This document shows positions 7,857-14,297 of a DNA stretch of 14,297 nt, piece by piece. The notes beneath the pieces are model-generated. The model saw nothing but the letters and a program-made list of their open reading frames with translations. It did no database searches and was not told the DNA's origin. This DNA comes from Candidatus Zixiibacteriota bacterium (lineage in GTDB: Bacteria > Zixibacteria > MSB-5A5 > GN15 > JAAZOE01): positions 1 to 14,297 of the forward strand of contig JBDREQ010000065.1 of assembly GCA_043819555.1 (NCBI GenBank), written 5' to 3'. The stretch's first letter is position 1; each line of letters opens with the position of its first letter. Both the position numbers and the translations under genes were made by a program.

Positions 7857-7872
7857 TGCAAACTCTATGCCA
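7857..7872 (-). promoter_or_regulatory. Sigma54 (RpoN) -24/-12 promoter for the cohesin-CTD gene
   Basis: Minus strand TGGCATAGAGTTTGCA: GG-N10-GC with TGGCA and TTGCA blocks, ~95 nt upstream of ATG 7763 and correctly oriented. Confidence 0.7.
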
Positions 7873-7880
7873 TAAAATTA

Positions 7881-7909
7881 TTGCAAAACAAATTGAACTC
7901 GCCTATAAT
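7881..7909 (+). promoter_or_regulatory. Sigma70 promoter for the lipoprotein / beta-barrel operon
   Basis: TTGCAA (7881-7886) - 17 nt - TATAAT (7904-7909); strong SD AAGGAGG at 7973-7979 before ATG 7984. Confidence 0.75.
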
Positions 7910-7983
7910 CAGACTTAGGATGAAATGACGGCAAAAAGTATTACCATGAAAGATATCAATTCTTTAAAAATCAAGGAGGAGTT

Positions 7984-9417
7984 ATGCATTCCAAAATCAT
8001 GAAGGTTTTTATCTGTTTGCTGGGTGCCGGCTTTTTTATATTTAGCGCCTGTAGTGAAGATAAAACTACTGAACCCCCGCCTCCGACAGTAGTTACCGAT
8101 ATGGACTCTGTCATGGTTTCTTTTGGAGCTATGATGCAAACCATGTTTGACTCTATGGAGTATGCTGATAATCCACAGCTAGATGATTTTGATTTCTCTC
8201 AAATGCACCAGATTTTTGTAAATTATGAAAATCTTAACCCTGGCGATCCTCAAGCCAGTTTCGGCGCGGCGATAACATCAATGCTATCAATCACCCAAAG
8301 CCAGGATTTAAATGATCTGATCGATACAATAATAGCCATGGACGGATCCGGCATGTTCCTTAAACGTCATATACCTCTGCCCAACAAAGTATCTGGGACA
8401 GGCGCATTGATCGGATTTCCGACTAGTTTTGAATCTTCGGGAGTCGAAAAGAATTTCCTCGCTCAGACGAATCTTGCCCTGGCCTCATTGGCGATTTCAA
8501 ATCCGCCCAAGTTTTCTGAAATACAGGCCATTATTCGCAACGACCTGATGCCGGCCATCACAAATGCAACAACTTATATGGATAATGTTTTGGACGTCCC
8601 CAATTATATTTTCTGGGTTACCCCCGAAATGACCGGCGAAACTTCTGATTCGATTGAAGTTGATCGAGCCGATTTCCTGACATTTGCCGCTGGTCTGCGT
8701 GTTATCAAGAGCTTTTTCCATATGGCGATTGCATACGATATAGATCTGCCCAGTTATGACGGAGCCGGGTTGGCATATATGTTTGACCAGAGCAATGACT
8801 GGATGTCTTTGGCAAATGACGGCGCTACTCAGATGTCTTCAGCCAAAACGGGTTTTCTTGAAGCCATCACGTTTGTGGATAACGCCCTCACCGCATTGGC
8901 CGCCGAACTGATATCCGATCCCGATCAATCAAATGAATTAATTGTGACTGACTGGAGCGCCTATGAATTCATGGAAGCCCATGCCATAATTGATTCGGTT
9001 CAATTCTATATGGGCGGCGCCCAATGGGTTGTCGCTGACTTTGATGGTGATGATCTGGTTGATTCAATACAGGTAAACGCCGCGAATTTATTTGACAATC
9101 CCATCGACGGTTTTTTCTCTCTACTCCCACCATATAGCGCCGAAATATCTGACTACATTGACACATCATGGTACTGCTATAACTATTGGGACGGGTACCA
9201 ATGGCAATATGAATGTTTTATAGACTATATTGACACATGCTACATGACAACGATCACATGGGATGCCGACACATACGAAGAATGGGTCTTCCCTAATCCT
9301 TCGATAAACGGGATTTTCCCTGGTATAACATCTGATGCCGACTTAAAAGAACTTCTGGGAATCGATCCTCTGTACTGGGATAAAACAATAAGCTTTGATA
9401 TGTGCATTTTTAATTAA
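7984..9417 (+). CDS. Acidic lipoprotein of unknown function (477 aa)
   Basis: Signal peptide with lipobox FSA-C23, then SEDKTTEPPPP linker. Very Asp/Glu-rich; one DxDxD-type loop (ADFDGDDLVD); aromatic/Cys-rich segment near the C-terminus. Confidence 0.88.
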   Translation: MHSKIMKVFICLLGAGFFIFSACSEDKTTEPPPPTVVTDMDSVMVSFGAMMQTMFDSMEYADNPQLDDFDFSQMHQIFVNYENLNPGDPQASFGAAITSMLSITQSQDLNDLIDTIIAMDGSGMFLKRHIPLPNKVSGTGALIGFPTSFESSGVEKNFLAQTNLALASLAISNPPKFSEIQAIIRNDLMPAITNATTYMDNVLDVPNYIFWVTPEMTGETSDSIEVDRADFLTFAAGLRVIKSFFHMAIAYDIDLPSYDGAGLAYMFDQSNDWMSLANDGATQMSSAKTGFLEAITFVDNALTALAAELISDPDQSNELIVTDWSAYEFMEAHAIIDSVQFYMGGAQWVVADFDGDDLVDSIQVNAANLFDNPIDGFFSLLPPYSAEISDYIDTSWYCYNYWDGYQWQYECFIDYIDTCYMTTITWDADTYEEWVFPNPSINGIFPGITSDADLKELLGIDPLYWDKTISFDMCIFN

Positions 9418-9436
9418 GGCGGTTCGGAATAAGCAA

Positions 9437-10831
9437 ATGAGACTTCGATCTCTGATAGTTATTTCCGGCCTGCTTTTGGCCTTTATATCGGGGCAGGCGC
9501 CAACAGCTGAATCGGTTGAACTAATTGATGATGGAAGGAACCTGGCAAGCTCCTTCCGTCATTATATGTTTGTCAATCATGATGAACATCGCAGCCGATT
9601 CGTTACATCCCGGATTGGCGGAATCCTCGAATCTACGCCATATAAAGGCGCGCAAATCGGCTGGATAATTTCGGACGACAGGCTCGATTTGAGAGATAAT
9701 AGTCTCAATAAAACTTATATAGATATTTCGCATCGTGATAAATCAGGCTCTGTGAATATTTACATGCCTTTGCTCGAAGTAATGGAGCTAAATACCCGCG
9801 CAACCATATCCCACAGTATTGCCCGCACCAAGTTTACTTTCGATACTAAATTCTCATATGCTCCAATGGAAGCGCTCCTTTTGACGGCAGATATTGGGGA
9901 AAAATCAAAATCTCTGTTCCTGGACGGGGCTTATGACACGGAATTAATTGCGATTCCATTTTCGGCCGACTGGTATCATTACGGGTTTTCGGCTCAATTG
10001 AAATTGCACGATAATCTGACTCTTTACAGTATCATTGATGATATCGATCTTTTGGAAAATACCATTACGGATGATGGACCGTATAGCTCCAATAATGCCG
10101 GTTCTGGAAATTACCGATACTTTGGCATCCTGTTTGAAAAAAGCGGCAGGGGCTATATTAAATTCGGCGTTAGCCAAATTGACGGGGGCGGAAAAATAAA
10201 TCTCTATTATGACAATGTCCGATTTGGTCAAATGTCAAAAATCACCGGTAATTTGCGTCAATGGCAATGTGATTTGCTTTATAAGCCAATTATGAGTAAC
10301 TGGAAATTATCCTTTAAACGAATGCATTTTGGTGGGGCTCTTTCCGGGAATATTCAAAGCTGGCCATTTGGGGATCAATTAATCGATCTATTGGGCTTGC
10401 GCCGCAATTTTACAGCCAAAGCTGACGTGGTTTTGTGGCAGGCGACTATTCACAATGATTTTAATCCCGGACGAAATAGTTTTGTTCGCCTGGCATTAAA
10501 TCTATTTAGGGCGTTTCCGGATCTGAAATTCAGTCATTGGCAACCGGCTTTTCTTGTATTCGGAGTAGTCGACTTACATACCAATGTCAGTGATTTGAAA
10601 AGAATTGATTTCGGAAAACTAAATATTTCTTTTGGAAAAAAATGGAATCATTTGGTTTTAGACTGCGACATATCGCAATTATTCCCCATACAAATTGTCA
10701 AGTTTATCTCAGATGATAGCGGGGCGTCTTCGCCGGCTGAGCCGGTAAATCCATCATATGAAACAAAGAAAAACCCGCTGAAATTAAACAGCGGGCGTAA
10801 TTTCCAGGTTCGTCTTCAATATTTATTTTAA
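9437..10831 (+). CDS. Putative outer-membrane beta-barrel protein of unknown function
   Basis: ORF 9395..10831; likelier start ATG 9437 giving signal peptide MRLRSLIVISGLLLAFISGQA. Many amphipathic beta-strand patterns (YHYGFSAQLKL, YRYFGILF, LNISFGKKW) and a BAM-type C-terminus NFQVRLQYLF. Confidence 0.78.
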   Translation: MRLRSLIVISGLLLAFISGQAPTAESVELIDDGRNLASSFRHYMFVNHDEHRSRFVTSRIGGILESTPYKGAQIGWIISDDRLDLRDNSLNKTYIDISHRDKSGSVNIYMPLLEVMELNTRATISHSIARTKFTFDTKFSYAPMEALLLTADIGEKSKSLFLDGAYDTELIAIPFSADWYHYGFSAQLKLHDNLTLYSIIDDIDLLENTITDDGPYSSNNAGSGNYRYFGILFEKSGRGYIKFGVSQIDGGGKINLYYDNVRFGQMSKITGNLRQWQCDLLYKPIMSNWKLSFKRMHFGGALSGNIQSWPFGDQLIDLLGLRRNFTAKADVVLWQATIHNDFNPGRNSFVRLALNLFRAFPDLKFSHWQPAFLVFGVVDLHTNVSDLKRIDFGKLNISFGKKWNHLVLDCDISQLFPIQIVKFISDDSGASSPAEPVNPSYETKKNPLKLNSGRNFQVRLQYLF

Positions 10832-10840
10832 TCCGGAGAC

Positions 10841-12259
10841 TTATTCCCAATGGGTTTTTACGTGCTTAAACTGTGTCTTATGCCGACGCCATACCATAAA
10901 AACGGTTTCGCTTTCTTTGTTGGCTTCAATCTCTTTCATAATTACTTCAAAATCTTTGACCGATTTTATTTCTTGATCATTAATTTTCGTAATTATATAT
11001 CCGCCGCTAACGCCTCCGACATAGGCCCAGCCTCCTGATTCTGATCTTTCAACTACGACTCCCTGTATTTCGCCTTCTTCCAAATCGCGATTGCTAAAAT
11101 CCGCAAAAACCAAATCCCGGACGGTCAAATCGAAATTATTATCTTTATACCGCGGCGCGTCATTTGGCGAAGTCGGCCGTTCAGTCAAAGCTATACTTAT
11201 TTGGCCCGTATCGGCATTGTCCTCACCCGGACGAATGTACTTTAATTGAATTGTGCCCCCTGCCCCGGCGTCTGAGATTTTCTTTTGAAATACCGATAAA
11301 CTGGTTTGTTCAGTTACTTCGATTGGCTTGCCGTCAAATTCGACAATAAAATCCCCGGTCTTTAATCCCGCTTTTTCGGCAGGAGTATTTTTCAAAATAT
11401 CGGTTACGATTATGCCTCCCGAAACTTCGAATCCGAGCATACTCGCCACTTCCGGTTCGAGCGCCTGCATTGATATTCCCAGCCAACCTCGTTTGAATTC
11501 TTCTGCCGCCGGAGGATGCGCCAAAAGATTTTTAAACCTCTCCAACGGCATAATCCCCACTGGCGGACCAAAAACTGTTCCATAATCAAATGGCGAACCA
11601 GATATCTGTCCGGCCAGCGAAACTATTCCGGCGAGTTTCCCGGCAAGCGTTAAAACCGGTGACATTATGAAATCCTGATTTAGTTCTCCTGTCAGATAAA
11701 ACTCTTCCGGTTTTGACAGGACATTCGTTATTGCGCTTTTTGTCACCTGAAACCGGGGCTCATAATTTTTGGGCAGTAACCAAAAAATGTAAATATTAGT
11801 ACCCAGCTCCAAATCGGCATCCACAAACTCGGCCGGAATTAATTTTCCCGCATCGGAATTCTTTAGCCTCCCAAACGCGATCGAAGTGTAATCATCCACG
11901 CCGATATAATCGAGCTCATAAGTATCGCCTTTATAATCCTCAATTTTCAGAGATGTCGGTTTGTCAACTTGGGGAGCTCCAAATATATCAGAATTGATGC
12001 CTCTTCCCTGGTCGAATGGACTTCCTTCAAAGATAACCATGTTTTCCCAAACCGCCAAACCAAGGACACGACCCTCCATTCGTTCGCTCTGGCCCATAAA
12101 ATTCATTTCTGCGACATATTCAACAACGACCAATGATTTATTTATTTTATCATACACCTTTTGAATTTCTAATGTCGATTCGGAATCATTCCCAAGAACC
12201 AGAGAACCGGTTAGGAAGAGGATACAGCCAAAAGCAATCACAAATAATCTTCTACTCAT
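10841..12259 (-). CDS. HtrA-like pseudo-protease: degenerate trypsin-like domain plus two PDZ domains
   Basis: Signal peptide; PDZ1 RGWLGISMQAL...TPAEKAGLKTGDFIVEFDG; PDZ2 GVVVERSESGGWAYVGGVSGGYIITKINDQEI. Collinear with the upstream HtrA, but the His/Asp/Ser motifs are replaced (IFEGSPF, TSIAFGRL, NQDFIMSPVL). Confidence 0.85.
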   Translation of the reverse strand: MSRRLFVIAFGCILFLTGSLVLGNDSESTLEIQKVYDKINKSLVVVEYVAEMNFMGQSERMEGRVLGLAVWENMVIFEGSPFDQGRGINSDIFGAPQVDKPTSLKIEDYKGDTYELDYIGVDDYTSIAFGRLKNSDAGKLIPAEFVDADLELGTNIYIFWLLPKNYEPRFQVTKSAITNVLSKPEEFYLTGELNQDFIMSPVLTLAGKLAGIVSLAGQISGSPFDYGTVFGPPVGIMPLERFKNLLAHPPAAEEFKRGWLGISMQALEPEVASMLGFEVSGGIIVTDILKNTPAEKAGLKTGDFIVEFDGKPIEVTEQTSLSVFQKKISDAGAGGTIQLKYIRPGEDNADTGQISIALTERPTSPNDAPRYKDNNFDLTVRDLVFADFSNRDLEEGEIQGVVVERSESGGWAYVGGVSGGYIITKINDQEIKSVKDFEVIMKEIEANKESETVFMVWRRHKTQFKHVKTHWE

Positions 12260-13610
12260 TTCCCACCTCGTTTCCGTCCAGTGTCAGCAAAATATAACGG
12301 GTCTCATCTCGTCTATTAATGGTCAATAAAATCTTCTCTTCATGATTTAGAATTTCATATTGGTCTTTCAGGTTTTGCAAATCCAAGACTTTATCTTTAT
12401 TGATTTTCCTGATCACATCACCGCTGCGCAATCCGCCGTTGAAAGCCGGGCCAGGCGCCGCCGCCTGTGTTATATAAACTCCGATGGTATCGCTCAGGCG
12501 ATCATCTATAGCCATTTGCCTCGTGATTGATTTGGCCGTAAACCCCCAGCGTTTAAAATCAAAATCATCGCCCTGCAATTCTCCCAATAGCCGAGGCGTT
12601 ATCTTTAACCTTGTATTATTTCCGTTGGACAGAATTACGACTTCTGTCTCTTCGCCCGGACGAGCCATTGATATTCGTTTGTAAAACGATGGCAGTTCCT
12701 CTTCAAATCGGGCCGAAACATCATGACCGTCAAAATTGAGTATTATTTGACCCGCTTCAAGCCCCGCTTCATCGGCTGGCGATTCAGGATCAACCGAAGC
12801 GATTAGGACCCCCTTATTGGTCTCTGTCCCAAAGAAATTTTCCAATTCCTGCAGAGGCTGCGCATGAACCCCAATCCAACTACGATCAACTTTGCCCTTT
12901 TCGATAAGAACTGAAGATACCTCTTTAACAATATTTATTGGTATCGAAAATCCGATATTCTCGGCATAAAAAACGCCTCGAGTATTTATCCCTACTACTT
13001 CGCCTCGAAGATTGACAAGAGGCCCTCCCGAATTTCCCGGATTGATAGCCGCATCGGTCTGAAGCCAGGTATTAAAACGGCCCGTTTGTTCCCCGGAAGG
13101 CAACCTGATTTCTCCTGAAAAAAAGCGATTGAGCGTCGATATAACGCCGATTGACACCGACCGGGATAATGCCAGTGGAGAACCCATAGCCAGAACAGTC
13201 TGCCCAACCTGCAAATTATCGGAATTGCCCATGACCGCCGGTTCAATTCTGCCTTTATATTCGGTTAAGTCGAGCTTAATGACCGCCAGATCGGTCGCCG
13301 GATCGCCTCCAATCAATTCTGCCGGAACCTGTTCTCTATCGTGCAAAGTACAGATAATTCTTTCAGCCCGGCCGGCCACGTGGTAATTAGTGACGGCATA
13401 TCCATTTTTGGAAATGATAACGCCTGAACCGACTACTGAATGTTTTTTCTCATGACCGGAAATATAATCATAAACTACCGGCTGAATATGAATCAAGGCC
13501 GGTAAGACTTTATCGCGAGCATCGTATATATCTTTCTGATATCCTGACTGAGCGAAAATCACGGATGACAATATTATCACCACAGATGCAATTAAACCTG
13601 TCTTTCTCAT
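12252..13610 (-). CDS. htrA: Periplasmic serine endoprotease, DegP/DegQ (HtrA, Do) family, with two PDZ domains
   Basis: Triad motifs VTNYHV, TDLAVIKL and TDAAINPGNSGGPL; two PDZ domains; signal peptide. Start ATG 13610 with SD AGGAG 5 nt upstream (the track's 13613 is a TTG). Stop TAG overlaps the next gene's ATG (8-bp overlap). Confidence 0.95.
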   Translation of the reverse strand: MRKTGLIASVVIILSSVIFAQSGYQKDIYDARDKVLPALIHIQPVVYDYISGHEKKHSVVGSGVIISKNGYAVTNYHVAGRAERIICTLHDREQVPAELIGGDPATDLAVIKLDLTEYKGRIEPAVMGNSDNLQVGQTVLAMGSPLALSRSVSIGVISTLNRFFSGEIRLPSGEQTGRFNTWLQTDAAINPGNSGGPLVNLRGEVVGINTRGVFYAENIGFSIPINIVKEVSSVLIEKGKVDRSWIGVHAQPLQELENFFGTETNKGVLIASVDPESPADEAGLEAGQIILNFDGHDVSARFEEELPSFYKRISMARPGEETEVVILSNGNNTRLKITPRLLGELQGDDFDFKRWGFTAKSITRQMAIDDRLSDTIGVYITQAAAPGPAFNGGLRSGDVIRKINKDKVLDLQNLKDQYEILNHEEKILLTINRRDETRYILLTLDGNEVGNE

Positions 13611-13746
13611 CAATTCTCCTTTTGTCTATAATTAGCGAAAGCATACTCCCTTGTCGGCCATACATCAACATAAAAACAGCCGTCATTGCTTATAATTGAA
13701 AGACAGGCAAAATGTTCCATTGTCTCTCGTCTCATCGAAAAAACTG

Positions 13747-13774
13747 TTGCCCTGACCGGTAATTTATATATATT
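13747..13774 (+). promoter_or_regulatory. Putative sigma70 promoter of tRNA-Leu
   Basis: TTGCCC (13747-13752) - 16 nt - TATATT (13769-13774), 13 nt before the tRNA 5' end. Confidence 0.5.
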
Positions 13775-13787
13775 GGAAAGTCCAAAT

Positions 13788-13871
13788 GCCGAAGTGGTGG
13801 AATTGGTAGACACGCTGTGTTCAGGGCGCAGTGTCCTTACGGTCGTGGGGGTTCGAGTCCCCCCTTCGGCA
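13788..13871 (+). tRNA. tRNA-Leu (anticodon CAG), CCA not encoded
   Basis: Acceptor GCCGAAG/CTTCGGC plus discriminator A13871; D-arm GTGGAATTGGTAGACAC; anticodon arm CTGTG-TTCAGGG-CGCAG; long variable arm; T arm GGGGG-TTCGAGT-CCCCC. Followed by TGA, not CCA. Confidence 0.97.
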
Positions 13872-13903
13872 TGATAATTATTTGCATTCCCATATCTTTT
13901 TAC

Positions 13904-13931
13904 TTGACAACTCATTATAAAGATGTATATT
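13904..13931 (+). promoter_or_regulatory. Sigma70 promoter for the integrase
   Basis: TTGACA (13904-13909) - 16 nt - TATATT (13926-13931). Confidence 0.6.
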
Positions 13932-13946
13932 AACCGTAAAAAGTGC

Positions 13947-13967
13947 TTGTGACCACATTGTGACCAC
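13947..13967 (+). repeat. Tandem 10-bp direct repeat TTGTGACCAC; putative integrase arm-type binding sites
   Basis: Perfect copies at 13947-13956 and 13958-13967 (11-bp period), ~75 bp from the tRNA 3' end and just before the integrase ATG. Confidence 0.7.
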
Positions 13968-13980
13968 GGGAAACAGCAAT

Positions 13981-14297
13981 ATGGGTGCCATTTATAAGAG
14001 AGGAAAAAACTGGTACATTGATACGAGATTCAAAGGCCGTAGGATTAGAAAACGTATTGGTTCATCAAAAAGGGTTGCAGAACTGGCTCTCAAAGATATC
14101 GAAGTACAAATCGCAAAGGATGAATTCGGATTTTCCAAAAATGATATCGCCATAGCCAAATATGTTGACCTATTTTTGGATTATTCCCAGGCGAATCATC
14201 GTCAAACTACTACGGATAGATACAAAGCTGTAATCGATCATCTTTTAGATTTTTTGGAATCATCACCCAATGTTACTTTCTTGTCAGAAATCAGTAC
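13981..14297 (+). CDS. Tyrosine recombinase / phage integrase, N-terminal part (truncated by the window edge)
   Basis: Manual translation MGAIYKRGKNWYIDTRFKGRRIRKRIGSSKRVAELALKDIEVQIAKDEFGF...YVDLFLDYSQANHRQTTTDRYKAVIDHLLDFL: a three-stranded arm-binding-type N-terminus followed by a SAM-like core-binding domain. The catalytic domain is not visible. Confidence 0.85.
   Translation, partial: MGAIYKRGKNWYIDTRFKGRRIRKRIGSSKRVAELALKDIEVQIAKDEFGFSKNDIAIAKYVDLFLDYSQANHRQTTTDRYKAVIDHLLDFLESSPNVTFLSEIS

Larger units (their letters stand above)
13872..14297 (+). mobile_element. Left end of an integrative element (genomic island / prophage) inserted at tRNA-Leu(CAG)
   Basis: Integrase-like gene starts 110 nt after the tRNA, with tandem arm-type repeats in between. 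The other att site is outside the window. Confidence 0.75.

Noticed and set aside
9151..9243. Tyr/Trp/Cys/Asp-rich segment as a possible diversity-generating retroelement variable region
   Set aside because: No template repeat or reverse transcriptase in the window, and TGG, CAA and GAA codons do not fit a simple AAY-derived pattern.
13610..13915. ORFs 13610..13915 (-) and 13686..13874 (+)
   Set aside because: They run through tRNA-Leu and its promoter and are translation artefacts.

Overview
Bacterial chromosomal window. The gene content (cohesin plus T9SS/FlgD-type C-terminal sorting domain, acidic lipoprotein, beta-barrel) suggests a diderm FCB-group organism such as Zixibacteria; this is an inference. 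Left to right: (1) a minus-strand Cache-type sensor histidine kinase that runs off the left edge and is absent from the ORF track, plus an atypical cytidylate-kinase-like/BON-like/REC regulator; (2) a divergent SulP-STAS transporter with a ~135-aa insertion and a strongly structured 5' leader; (3) a ~965-bp single-gene, integrase-less cassette at the 3' end of tRNA-Glu(TTC), bounded by a 36/49 degenerate direct repeat ending in TGGCGT; (4) a cohesin-CTD secreted protein behind a canonical sigma54 motif; (5) a lipoprotein + outer-membrane beta-barrel operon; (6) a translationally coupled pair of an active DegP/HtrA protease and a paralog missing the whole catalytic triad; (7) tRNA-Leu(CAG) without encoded CCA, followed by a promoter, tandem arm-type repeats and the start of a tyrosine integrase, marking the left end of an island or prophage. 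The best candidates for something undescribed are the tRNA-Glu mini-cassette with its repeated att-like motifs, the HtrA/pseudo-HtrA pair and the SulP leader RNA.
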